Both the position numbers and the translations under genes were made by a program. From contig JAHWJP010000002.1 in assembly GCA_019348355.1 (NCBI GenBank), positions 758 through 64,757 on the forward strand: a stretch of DNA of 64,000 nt, written 5' to 3'. This stretch comes from Actinomycetota bacterium. GTDB taxonomy: Bacteria > Actinomycetota > Actinomycetes > Mycobacteriales > SCTD01. Shown piece by piece: positions 28,476-37,570 of the stretch (the first letter of the stretch is position 1; each line of letters begins with the position of its first letter). The notes below the pieces were generated by a model. The model did not search any database, had not been told where the DNA came from, and saw nothing but the letters and a program-made list of their open reading frames with translations.

Positions 28476-29543
28476 GTGACGAGCAGCCTCGAGGATGCCG
28501 GCATCCAACTCGAGCGGGCCTTGTTCGAGGTGAAGAAGGTCGTCGTCGGCCAGGACCGCATGGTCGAGCGCATGCTCGTGGCCCTGCTGGCCCGTGGGCA
28601 CTGCCTGCTCGAAGGGGTGCCGGGCGTCGCCAAGAGCCTCGCGGTCGAGACCCTCGCGACCGTGGTCGGCGGTTCGTCGGTCCGCCTGCAGTTCACCCCC
28701 GACCTGGTGCCCAGCGACATCGTCGGCACCCGGATCTACCGCGCCTCGCAGGAGGCGTTCGACGTCGAGCTCGGTCCGGTCTTCGCCAACCTGGTGCTCG
28801 CCGACGAGATCAACCGCGCCCCCGCAAAGGTGCAGAGCGCCCTGCTCGAGGTGATGGCCGAGCGGCAGGTCTCGATCGGCGGCACCACCTATCCGTTGCC
28901 GACGCCGTTCCTGGTGCTGGCCACCCAGAACCCGATCGAGTCCGAAGGCGTCTACCCGCTGCCGGAAGCGCAACGGGACCGTTTCCTCATGAAGATCGAG
29001 GTCGGCCATCCTTCGATGTCGGAGGAGATGGAGATCGTCCGGCGGATGGCGGTCCACCCGCCGCACGCCGAGCAGGTCCTGTCCCTCGAGGAGCTGGTGG
29101 CGCTCCAGGCCGCCGTCGACACCGTCTTCCTGCACCACGCCGTGGGGGAGTACGCCGTCCGCCTCGTCATGGCGACCCGGGAGCCGGAGCGCTGGGGCCT
29201 GCCCGCACTGCGCCCGCTGATGGCGCACGGCGCCTCCCCGCGCGGCAGCCTCGGCCTCGTGCGGGGCGCGAAGGCACTCGCGGTCCTGCGCGGCCGCGAC
29301 TACGTCCTGCCGGTCGACGTGGCCGACCTCGCCGTCGACGTGCTCGCCCATCGCCTGGTCCTCACCTACGAGGCGCTTGCTGACGAGGTGCCGGCCGGTT
29401 GGGTCGTCTCCCAGGTGCTGGAGAAGATCGAGCCGCCACAGGTCGCCCCGTCGCAGCACTTCTCGCAGCGCCCGACCGCGGACACGCCACGCTTCGCCAA
29501 ACCCGACATCGGCAGCTCGGGCGCCGGCAAGGGCGTGGCGTGA
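28476..29543 (+). CDS. moxR: MoxR family AAA+ ATPase
   Basis: GVPGVAKS Walker A, QFTPDL, LADEINRA Walker B, ATQNPIE, DRF. Confidence 0.95.
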   Translation: MTSSLEDAGIQLERALFEVKKVVVGQDRMVERMLVALLARGHCLLEGVPGVAKSLAVETLATVVGGSSVRLQFTPDLVPSDIVGTRIYRASQEAFDVELGPVFANLVLADEINRAPAKVQSALLEVMAERQVSIGGTTYPLPTPFLVLATQNPIESEGVYPLPEAQRDRFLMKIEVGHPSMSEEMEIVRRMAVHPPHAEQVLSLEELVALQAAVDTVFLHHAVGEYAVRLVMATREPERWGLPALRPLMAHGASPRGSLGLVRGAKALAVLRGRDYVLPVDVADLAVDVLAHRLVLTYEALADEVPAGWVVSQVLEKIEPPQVAPSQHFSQRPTADTPRFAKPDIGSSGAGKGVA

Positions 29544-30490
29544 AGCGCGAACCGCTGATGACGCTCCCGGCAGCGCCGGCTGCGCCCGCAGCGTCCGTGC
29601 GGCGGCTGCAGCTCGAGGTCGCCGCCCGGTTGGACGGGCTGCTGCACGGCGATCACCTCGGTTACCTGCCCGGTCCGGGCACCGAGCCGGCCGAGGCCCG
29701 CCTTTACGCACCGGGCAACGACGTGCGCCGGATGGACTGGGCGGTCACAGCGCGCACCGGCGACCCGCACGTGCGGGACGCCGTCGCCGAGCGTGAGCTC
29801 GAGACGACGCTGCTCGTCGACCTGACCGCCTCGATGAGCTTCGGCACCGCGCGTTCGGAGAAGCGCGAGGTCGCTGTCGCACTGGCCGCCGCGGTGGCCC
29901 ACCTCGCGGCCGGCCCCGGTGACCGGCTCGCGGCGGTCGTGCTGTCCGACGGCGTACGCCGGCTGCCGGCTTGTCCGGGCCGCCAGGCCGCGCTGGCCAT
30001 GCTGCACGTGTTGCACACCACCCGACCGGGGGACGGCACCGGACCTTCGCTCGCCGACGGCCTGGCCGCGGTCGCGAACCCGCCGCGCCGGCGCGGCTTG
30101 GTCGTGGTCGTGTCCGACCTGCTCGACGGGGCCTCCGGTGGCGCTCCAGGCTCCTGGGCTTCGCCGCTGCGCCTGCTCGCCCGGCGACACGACGTGGTCG
30201 TCGTGGAGGTTCTCGACCCGCGCGAGCTCGAGCTGCCGGCCCTGGGCGTCCTGCGGCTCGTCGACCCGGAGTCCGGGCGCCACCTCGAGGTGCAGACGTC
30301 CGACCGGCGCGTCCGCGACCGCTATGCCGAGGCGGCCCGGATCCGTCGCGCCGGTCACGCCGACGCTGTCCGGCAGGCCGGCGCCGGGCACCTCGTCCTG
30401 CGCACCGACCGGGACTGGCTGCCCGAACTCGCCGGTTTCCTGGCCCGCCGCCGCCGGCTGCGCGCGGCCGGCCGACGGGCCGGTCGCTGA
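29540..30490 (+). CDS. DUF58 domain protein
   Basis: Y.PGNDVRRMDW.VTAR, VDLTASMSFG; sits between moxR and VWA. Confidence 0.92.
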   Translation: MKREPLMTLPAAPAAPAASVRRLQLEVAARLDGLLHGDHLGYLPGPGTEPAEARLYAPGNDVRRMDWAVTARTGDPHVRDAVAERELETTLLVDLTASMSFGTARSEKREVAVALAAAVAHLAAGPGDRLAAVVLSDGVRRLPACPGRQAALAMLHVLHTTRPGDGTGPSLADGLAAVANPPRRRGLVVVVSDLLDGASGGAPGSWASPLRLLARRHDVVVVEVLDPRELELPALGVLRLVDPESGRHLEVQTSDRRVRDRYAEAARIRRAGHADAVRQAGAGHLVLRTDRDWLPELAGFLARRRRLRAAGRRAGR

Positions 30491-31437
30491 TGTCCTTCCT
30501 CGCGCCGCAACGGCTGTGGCTCCTGCTGCTCGTCGTAGCGCTGGCAGTCACCTACGTCGTGCTGCAGCGGCGCAAGCCGGCGTACGCGGTCCGCTTCACC
30601 GAGCTGGACCTGCTGGCGTCGGTGGTGCGGCGCAGCCCGAGCTGGCGGCGGCACCTGCCGGCGGCGGTCCTGCTGCTGGCGCTCGTCGCGCTGACCGCCG
30701 CGTTCGCCCGGCCCGAGGCCGCGGTCGAGGTGCCGCGCGAGCGGGCGACGATCATCGTCGCGCTCGACACCTCCATCTCGATGCGGGCCACCGACGTCTC
30801 CCCGGACCGCATCGTGGCCGCCCAGGTCGCCGCGACGGACTTCATCGAGGGCCTGCCCGACCGGTTCAACGTCGGGCTGGTCTCCTTCAGCGGGTCGGCG
30901 GCGGTCGTGGTGCCGCCGACCCAGGACCACGAGACGGTGACCGCGGCGGTCCAGTCGCTCCAGCTCGGCCCGAGCACGGCGATCGGGGAGGCGGTGTTCG
31001 CCAGCCTCGGGGCGATCCGATCCGTGCCCGGCGAAGCGGATCAGGCCCCGCCACCGGCCCGGATCGTCCTGCTCAGCGATGGCACCAACACCGTCGGCCG
31101 CACGCCGGCGGTGGCCGCCGAGGCCGCCCAGGAGGCCGGAGTGCCGATCTCGACGATCGCCTTCGGCACCCCCGAGGGTGTCGTCGTCGTGCAGGGCGAG
31201 CGCATCGAGGTGCCGGTCGACGGGCCGTCCCTCGATCGCCTCGCACGGTCCACCGGGGGTTCCTCCTTCACCGCCGAGAGTGGAGCCGAGCTCAGCGACG
31301 TCTACGAGGACATCGGCAGCCAGGTCGGCACCACCACCGAGCGCCAGGAGGTGACAGCCGCGGTCACCGGCGTCGGGCTGGGGCTCGCGCTGCTGGCCGC
31401 TGCGGGCTCGCTGCTCTGGGGCTCGCGACTGCCCTGA
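30490..31437 (+). CDS. Membrane VWA domain protein (BatA-like)
   Basis: DTSISM MIDAS motif, TAIG, LLSDG; TM segments at both ends. Confidence 0.93.
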   Translation: MSFLAPQRLWLLLLVVALAVTYVVLQRRKPAYAVRFTELDLLASVVRRSPSWRRHLPAAVLLLALVALTAAFARPEAAVEVPRERATIIVALDTSISMRATDVSPDRIVAAQVAATDFIEGLPDRFNVGLVSFSGSAAVVVPPTQDHETVTAAVQSLQLGPSTAIGEAVFASLGAIRSVPGEADQAPPPARIVLLSDGTNTVGRTPAVAAEAAQEAGVPISTIAFGTPEGVVVVQGERIEVPVDGPSLDRLARSTGGSSFTAESGAELSDVYEDIGSQVGTTTERQEVTAAVTGVGLGLALLAAAGSLLWGSRLP

Positions 31438-31463
31438 CCCAGCCGCCTCTGACAGGCTGAGCC

Positions 31464-31934
31464 GTGCACATCTCGGCGAAGGCAGACTACGCGGTCCGCG
31501 CCGCCATCCACCTGGCCTCGGTGTCCCAGGGTCCGACCAAGAGCGACGCCATCGCAGCCGCGCAGGAGATCCCGGCCAAGTTCCTGGAAGCGATCATGAC
31601 CAGCCTCAAGGCGGGTGGGATCGTCCGCAGCCAACTCGGCCCGTCCGGCGGCTACTGGCTTCGTCGCCCCGCCGACGCCATCACCGTCGCGGACGTCATC
31701 CGCGCCGTCGACGGCCCGCTCGCCTCGGTGCGGGGCCAGCGCCCCGAGCTCGTGAGCTACACCGGCAGTGCCGAGCCGCTGAAATCGGTCTGGCTGGCCG
31801 TGCGCTCGAGCCTGCGCGAGGTGCTCGAGCACGTCACCCTGGCCGACCTCGCGACCGACCAGCTGCCGGCCGAGGTCGTCCGCCGAGCGGCGCAGCCCGA
31901 CGTCTGGCACACGGCTGAGGGGCCCATCTCCTAG
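31464..31934 (+). CDS. Rrf2 family regulator lacking Fe-S cysteines (CymR-like)
   Basis: ISAKADYAVRA, IPAKFLE, GPSGGY.L, RAVDGPL; contains no Cys. Confidence 0.92.
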   Translation: MHISAKADYAVRAAIHLASVSQGPTKSDAIAAAQEIPAKFLEAIMTSLKAGGIVRSQLGPSGGYWLRRPADAITVADVIRAVDGPLASVRGQRPELVSYTGSAEPLKSVWLAVRSSLREVLEHVTLADLATDQLPAEVVRRAAQPDVWHTAEGPIS

Positions 31935-31947
31935 TGCTCGACTAGGA
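31929..31947. promoter_or_regulatory. Perfect palindromic operator, probably bound by Rrf2
   Basis: TCCTAGT-N5-ACTAGGA directly upstream of the extended -10 (TGGCAGGCT). Confidence 0.7.
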
Positions 31948-31978
31948 AAACGCCGACGTCTGTGGCAGGCTTGCCGCT

Positions 31979-32053
31979 GTGACCGCACACGACCTCATGC
32001 TGGACCCGTTCTGGGTCGGTCGTCGCGCGGACGCCTTCGACGAGACCTGTTGA
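31979..32053 (+). CDS. Putative leaderless leader peptide MTAHDLMLDPFWVGRRADAFDETC
   Basis: GTG lies 7 nt after the -10 CAGGCT; 24 codons ending Cys-stop; upstream of the sulfur ABC operon. Confidence 0.55.
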   Translation: MTAHDLMLDPFWVGRRADAFDETC

Positions 32054-32115
32054 CCCTGCCGCGTCTTTGACGCCCCCCGGTCGCCGTCCCGTCGTCCTCA
32101 GGAGAAGCACGCCCC

Positions 32116-33186
32116 GTGAGCCGCTCTACCCGTACGACCGCGGTCGTGCTTGCGCTGGTCGCCCTCACCACCGGCTGCGCCACCACCGGCACCCGAAGCG
32201 CCGCCGTGGTCGCGATCCCCACCACCGGCGGTACGCCGGCTGCCGAGCTGCGGCTCGGCTACTTCCCGAACCTCACCCATGCCACCGCCGTCTACGGCGC
32301 AGCGGCAGGCGTCTTCGAGCAGGCGCTCGGCAGCACGACGTTCACCGCGTCGAGCTTTCCCGCCGGCCCGGCAGCCGTGGAGGCCCTTTTCGCCGGCGCG
32401 CTCGACGCGGCCTACCTCGGACCGAATCCCACCATCAACGCTTTCGTGAAGAGCCAGGGCCAGGCGGTACGCATCGTTGCCGGAGCGACCAGTGGCGGGG
32501 CCTCCCTGGTCGTGCAGCCCGGTATCGCCGATGTGCCAGCCCTCGCCGGTAAGCGGATCGCCACGCCCCAGACCGGCGGCACGCAGGACATCGCCCTGCG
32601 GCACCACCTGTCGCAGAACGGCCTCGCCGTCGACACATCCGGCGCGGGCGACGTCACGGTCCTCGCGCAGGACAACGCGGTGACGCTGAGCGCCTTCCGA
32701 GCCGGGCAGGTCGACGGCGCGTGGGTCCCCGAGCCGTGGGCCTCGCGCCTGGTGCTGGAGGGCGGCGGCACGGTGCTGCTCGACGAGCGCGACCTCTGGC
32801 CGGGCGGCGAGTTCGTCACGACCCAGCTGGTCGTGCGCACCGACTACCTGCGCGCGCATCCCCAGACGGTGCGCCGGCTCGTCGCCGGCTCGGTCGAGAT
32901 CAACCGCCAGATCGACGCCGACCCGGAAAACGCCAAGCGGGTGCTCAATGCCGCGCTGGACACGTTGACCGGGGAACCGCTGGCGCCGCAGGTACTGGAC
33001 CGGGCCTTCGCCCAGCTCCGCCCGACCGACGACCCGATCGCCACCTCGCTGGCCACCTCGGCGCAGCACGCCTTCGACACCGGCCTGGTGAAGCAGGCCG
33101 ACCTGTCGGGAATCTACGACCTGGGCCTGCTGCGCGAGGTGCTGGGCCGCGACATCGACGCCGCCGGACTGGGAGCACTTCGATGA
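32116..33186 (+). CDS. ABC substrate-binding lipoprotein (SsuA/TauA-like)
   Basis: TTGC lipobox, LRLGYFPNLTHA, GPNP, TQD, EPW. Confidence 0.9.
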   Translation: MSRSTRTTAVVLALVALTTGCATTGTRSAAVVAIPTTGGTPAAELRLGYFPNLTHATAVYGAAAGVFEQALGSTTFTASSFPAGPAAVEALFAGALDAAYLGPNPTINAFVKSQGQAVRIVAGATSGGASLVVQPGIADVPALAGKRIATPQTGGTQDIALRHHLSQNGLAVDTSGAGDVTVLAQDNAVTLSAFRAGQVDGAWVPEPWASRLVLEGGGTVLLDERDLWPGGEFVTTQLVVRTDYLRAHPQTVRRLVAGSVEINRQIDADPENAKRVLNAALDTLTGEPLAPQVLDRAFAQLRPTDDPIATSLATSAQHAFDTGLVKQADLSGIYDLGLLREVLGRDIDAAGLGALR

Positions 33187-33962
33187 CCCTGCACGCCCTC
33201 GAGACCCGCCCGACGACCGGGACGGCGGCCGTACGCCTGGCAGGTGTCAGCAAGCGCTTCGGCAACGGGCCGACCGTTCTCGACGACGTGAGCCTGACCG
33301 TGCGACCCGGTGAGTTCGTCTGCCTGCTCGGCGCTTCCGGCTGCGGCAAGTCGACGCTGCTCAACCTCGTCGCGGGTTTGGACGCACCGAGTGCGGGGAC
33401 CGTCGAGCTGCCGGAGGGGCGTGCCGCGCTGATGTTCCAGGAGGCGGCGCTGCTGCCCTGGCTGACCGCGGCGCAGAACGTCGAGCTGGCCCTTCGCCTG
33501 CGCGGGATCGGCAAGCGCGAGCGACGGGCGCGGGCCGCCGAGCTGCTCGAGCTGGTCCGGCTGCGCGACGCCGGAGGCAAGCGCGTGCATGAGCTGTCCG
33601 GCGGCATGCGCCAGCGGGTCGCGATGGCCCGGGCGCTCGCGCAGGAGACCGGCGTGCTGCTGATGGACGAGCCGTTCGCGGCGCTGGACGCCATCACCCG
33701 CGACGTCCTGCACGAGGAGCTCGTGCGCCTGCGCGCCTCGCAGCGCCTCACCGTCCTGTTCGTGACCCACAACGTGCGTGAGGCCGTACGTCTCGGCGAT
33801 CGCGTCATCCTGCTGTCCTCGCGGCCGGGCCGGATCGCGCGGGAGTACGCCGTGGACATCCCCCAGCCACGCCGGATCGAGTCGCCCGACGTGGCAAAGC
33901 TGTCGGTCGCCATCACCGAGGACCTGCGCGCCGAGATCCGCCGGCACGGGGGCCAGTCGTGA
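33183..33962 (+). CDS. ABC ATP-binding protein (SsuB/TauB-like)
   Basis: GASGCGKS, LSGGM, MDEPF.ALD. Confidence 0.95.
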   Translation: MTLHALETRPTTGTAAVRLAGVSKRFGNGPTVLDDVSLTVRPGEFVCLLGASGCGKSTLLNLVAGLDAPSAGTVELPEGRAALMFQEAALLPWLTAAQNVELALRLRGIGKRERRARAAELLELVRLRDAGGKRVHELSGGMRQRVAMARALAQETGVLLMDEPFAALDAITRDVLHEELVRLRASQRLTVLFVTHNVREAVRLGDRVILLSSRPGRIAREYAVDIPQPRRIESPDVAKLSVAITEDLRAEIRRHGGQS

Positions 33963-34831
33963 CGGTGCTGCAGAACGACGACCTGGCCTCGCTCGAGGCC
34001 GGCCTCGACGCGCTCGAGACCTCCGACGTCGCGCGGACCCCGGGTTGGCGCCGGGTCCTGTCCGCTGCCTGGCCGCCCGCCGTCGCGCTCGGGCTGCTCC
34101 TGCTGGTGTGGGAGCTGGTCTACCGCGCGGAAGTTCAGCCGGCGTACGCCCTGCCCTCACCCGCCGATGTCGGGCTCGTGCTGCTCGAGCAACTGCGCGA
34201 CGGGACCCTTGTCGAGGCGATCGGCACCAGTGTCGAGCGCGGCGGGTTGGCCTTCGTCGTCGCCGTCGCGGTCGGCACGCCACTGGGGCTACTGGTCGGG
34301 CGGGTCCGCGCCGTACGCCGCGGCATCGGGCCGCTGCTGTCCGGTCTGCAGAGCCTGCCCTCCATCGCCTGGGTGCCGGCGGCCATCATCTTCTTCGGCC
34401 TCGGCGAGGCGGCGATCTACGCGGTGGTGCTGCTCGGTGCGGTCCCGTCCATCGCCAACGGCATGGTGTCGGGCATCGACCAGGTGCCGCCGCTGTTCCT
34501 GCGGGTCGGTCGGGTCCTGGGCGCTCGGGGCCTCGCGTCCGCGCGGCATGTCCTGCTGCCCGCGGTGCTGCCCGCCTATCTCGGCGGGCTGCGGCAGGGC
34601 TGGGCGTTCTCGTGGCGATCGCTCATGGCCGCAGAGCTGATCGTGCGCTCGCCCGAGCTCGGTGTCGGGCTCGGCCAGCTGCTCGACCAGGGCCGGCTGC
34701 TCAGCGACATGAGCCTGGTCTTCGCCGGCATTCTCGGCATCCTGGTCGTCGGCATCGCCGTGGAGCTCTGCGTGTTCGCCCCGCTGGAACGCCGCGTCCT
34801 GCGGCGCCGCGGCCTGCTCGGGACCTCGTGA
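33959..34831 (+). CDS. ABC permease (SsuC/TauC-like)
   Basis: LQSLPSIAW, GWAFSWRSLMAAEL. Confidence 0.93.
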   Translation: MTVLQNDDLASLEAGLDALETSDVARTPGWRRVLSAAWPPAVALGLLLLVWELVYRAEVQPAYALPSPADVGLVLLEQLRDGTLVEAIGTSVERGGLAFVVAVAVGTPLGLLVGRVRAVRRGIGPLLSGLQSLPSIAWVPAAIIFFGLGEAAIYAVVLLGAVPSIANGMVSGIDQVPPLFLRVGRVLGARGLASARHVLLPAVLPAYLGGLRQGWAFSWRSLMAAELIVRSPELGVGLGQLLDQGRLLSDMSLVFAGILGILVVGIAVELCVFAPLERRVLRRRGLLGTS

Positions 34832-34844
34832 TGACCGCCCCCCG

Positions 34845-34908
34845 TGATCAACGCCGGACTCGGGACGTTTCGCGGCCGGGGATTCCGACCGAAGTGCGGC
34901 GTTGATCA
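34845..34908. repeat. GATC-terminated REP/MITE-like hairpin, copy 2
   Basis: TGATCAACGCCG...CGGCGTTGATCA: perfect 12-bp arms, 64 bp in total. Confidence 0.8.
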
Positions 34909-34925
34909 ACCGATAGCGTGACGCC

Positions 34926-35981
34926 ATGTGCGACGGACCTGCGGGGGCAGCGGAGGCTGCGGCCGGTGCACCGCGACCGGCCGAGGGGCCGGCGGTCGAC
35001 CCGATCGCCCTCGAACCGGTCGACGAGGTCGTCATCACCACGCTCGTCGACAACGTCTACGACGCGCTGCTGACCGGGGACGAGCGCATCACGCGGACAC
35101 CTTTCGGCGCTGGCCTGGCCCGGGCCCCGCAGTTCGAGTCGGGTGCCACCTCGGTCGGCCTGATGGCCGAGCAAGGCTTCTCGGCGCTGGTGTCGGTACG
35201 GCGCGCCGGCCGTACGTCCACGGTGCTGTTCGACGCCGGCCTGTCCCCGGAGGCGATGCTCACCAACGCCGATCGGCTCGGTGTCGACCTCGACGCAGTG
35301 CAAGGCGTGGTGCTGAGCCACGGGCACTTCGACCACGCCGGCGGTCTGGCAGCGCTCGCCGCCAGACGCGGACGGGCCGGCCTGGCGATGACGGTGCACC
35401 CGCTGGTCTGGACCCGGCGCCGGCTCGCACCGCCCGGAGCCGACGCCGTCGAGCTGCCGACCTTGAGCAAGACGTCGCTGGAGGGCGAGGGGTTCGAGGT
35501 CGTCGAGCGGCGGGTGCCGTCGCTGTTGCTGGACGGGAGCGTGCTGATCACCGGCGAGATCGACCGCACCACCGACTTCGAGCGGGGGATGCCGCCACCG
35601 CATCAGGCGTTCGACGGCGCGCGCTGGGAGCACGACCCGCTGGTGCTCGACGACCAGGCCCTGGTCGTTCATGTACGCGGTAAGGGCCTGGTCGTGCTGA
35701 CCGGCTGCGGCCACGGCGGAGCGGTCAACATCGCCCGCCATGCACAGCGCCTCACCGGCGTCGACCGGCTGTACGCGCTGCTGGGCGGCCTGCACCTCGC
35801 CGGGCCGGTTTTCGAGCCGATCATCGCTCCGACCGTCGACGCGATGCGCACCCTTGCGCCGGACCTGCTCGTGCCGGGGCACTGCACCGGCTGGCGAGCG
35901 CAGCACGCCTTCGCCGCTGCGCTGCCCGATGCCTGGGTGCAGGGCAGCACCGGATCGAGCTACCTCCTGGCCGCAGCCTGA
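34926..35981 (+). CDS. MBL-fold metallo-hydrolase
   Basis: SHGHFDH, TGCGH, GGLHL, PGHCTG. Confidence 0.92.
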   Translation: MCDGPAGAAEAAAGAPRPAEGPAVDPIALEPVDEVVITTLVDNVYDALLTGDERITRTPFGAGLARAPQFESGATSVGLMAEQGFSALVSVRRAGRTSTVLFDAGLSPEAMLTNADRLGVDLDAVQGVVLSHGHFDHAGGLAALAARRGRAGLAMTVHPLVWTRRRLAPPGADAVELPTLSKTSLEGEGFEVVERRVPSLLLDGSVLITGEIDRTTDFERGMPPPHQAFDGARWEHDPLVLDDQALVVHVRGKGLVVLTGCGHGGAVNIARHAQRLTGVDRLYALLGGLHLAGPVFEPIIAPTVDAMRTLAPDLLVPGHCTGWRAQHAFAAALPDAWVQGSTGSSYLLAAA

Positions 35982-36003
35982 GGTCCTGTCCGGCCCTGCT
36001 CGG

Positions 36004-36366
36004 TCAGACTCTTGCGTAGATCTGCTTGGGCGACGGGCCGTACTGGTTGTCCGGCGAGCTGTCCATGACGAAGAAGACCAGCAGCGCGATTCCGCCGAAG
36101 GGCACGAAGGCCAGCAGGTAGAACCAGCCCGACTTGCCGGTGTCGTGCAGGCGGCGCACTCCGACGGCGATCGACGGCAGCAACACGGCTAGGAACGCCA
36201 GCGCGTAGAAGGCCGGGAAGGTCCCGATCACGAGGTCGACCACCGTGGCGAGGACGATGATGAGGAAGACGGCCAGTGAGAACCACCAGTACTCCGAGCG
36301 GCGCGCGCGCCCGCTGAAACCGGCGTACTGCGAGAACGCACTCTGAACTGCGTCGGCGAATCCCAT
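36004..36366 (-). CDS. DUF805 membrane protein
   Basis: FSGRARRSEYWW, VRRLHDTGKSGW, NQYGP. Confidence 0.94.
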   Translation of the reverse strand: MGFADAVQSAFSQYAGFSGRARRSEYWWFSLAVFLIIVLATVVDLVIGTFPAFYALAFLAVLLPSIAVGVRRLHDTGKSGWFYLLAFVPFGGIALLVFFVMDSSPDNQYGPSPKQIYARV

Positions 36367-36514
36367 TGCTTGTCCCTCCCTTGCACGGCTGGTGCTGTCG
36401 GGCGCACCGTAGCCCGCTCCGGGGCGCCGCGCGGAGGAATGGCGCAAACTCGTGAAGAAGCCCGACGACCTGCACCTACCGACGGGTCAGCACAATTCGG
36501 GCGAGTGGCCGGTC

Positions 36515-36850
36515 CTACACGTCGATGATGTCGAGCCGGCGGACGACGCCTGCGGCAAGCGCCTCGAAATGGGAGCGGTTGCTCGTGACGACGGCGTCGT
36601 GCCGACGCAGTGCTCCTTCGCACACCGTGGCATCCGTGGCTTCGACGGCCACGGCGCACCGAGCGAGCAACCGTCCGGCTGCACGGGCGTTTGCCTCGTC
36701 CAACGGCTCGATCACACAGCCGTCGAGGGCTCTTTCCATGTCGACCTCGCCGCGCCAGGATTCGACCAGAGCCGCGGCCGGCACGTTCGGTGGCCCACCG
36801 CGCTCGAGCGTCCGCCGGTGCAGCGCCCACATCCGCCGGTGCCCGTGGGG
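36515..36850 (-). pseudogene. PIN-domain (VapC-like) toxin, N-terminally truncated
   Basis: VPAAALVE.WRG...DATV...VVTSN..HF PIN pattern; no N-terminal xxD strand and no antitoxin upstream. Confidence 0.65.
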
Positions 36851-36860
36851 GGCCGGCAGC

Positions 36861-37274
36861 TCAGCCGTTCGTCTGGGCGATGTTCACCATCCACCCGATG
36901 CCGAACTGGTCGACGCACATGCCGAACTCGTCATCCCACATCTGCATCTCCAGCGGAACCGAGACCGTCCCGCTGTCGGACAGCTTGGCCCAGTAGCCGC
37001 GCAGTTCCTCGGCGTCATACCCGCTGAGGCTCACCGCGATGTTGTTGCCTGGCTGGTGCTCCATCCTTGGCGGCGTGTCCGCGGCCATGAGCGTGAAACC
37101 GCTGTCGGTCTCGAGCATGCTGTGCATGATGTTGTCCGCGTCGGGGCCGGCGGGCGCGCCGGACTCCCCGAAGGTGTTGACCGTGAGGGTCCCACCGAGG
37201 ACGGACCGGTAGGACTCCATCGCCTGCCGGGCGTTGTCCGCGAAGGTGATGTAGGGGTTCAGTCGTGAGGCCAT
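36861..37274 (-). CDS. VOC/PhnB family protein
   Basis: RLNPYI.F, IMHS.L, LMAAD, W...FGMCVDQFGIGWMVN. Confidence 0.93.
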   Translation of the reverse strand: MASRLNPYITFADNARQAMESYRSVLGGTLTVNTFGESGAPAGPDADNIMHSMLETDSGFTLMAADTPPRMEHQPGNNIAVSLSGYDAEELRGYWAKLSDSGTVSVPLEMQMWDDEFGMCVDQFGIGWMVNIAQTNG

Positions 37275-37391
37275 CGGACGTTCCTGATCTGCGGGACGGT
37301 GTCGGCGTCCGCAGCGTAGGGGCTGGTCGGAGGCTCGACCAGTCCGCGGACCTATCGCACCAACAGTGGTCCTGCTCGCCTGACCTGGAGG

Positions 37392-37474
37392 TGTCCGAGG
37401 GGGGAGTTGAACCCCCACGTCCTTTCGGACACAGCGACCTCAACGCTGCGCGTCTGCCATTCCGCCACTCGGAC
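37392..37474 (-). tRNA. tRNA-Leu (anticodon GAG)
   Basis: Acceptor stem GTCCGAG/CTCGGAC, D arm TGGCGGAATGGCAGACGC, anticodon arm CAGCG-TTGAGGT-CGCTG, long variable arm, TTCAACT T-loop; CCA not fully encoded. Confidence 0.97.
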
Positions 37475-37570
37475 GAGTGCGCCCGCTGACCTGCAGCGGA
37501 CCGCAACGACTCTAGCGTGACCCCGCCCGGCGCTACCGTTCCGAGCAGGGCCCGAGACGGGAGCGCGCTG

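Noticed and set aside
34900..37410. attL/attR duplication of the tRNA-Leu 3' end
   Set aside because: No second copy or integrase seen by eye, so no intact island is called.
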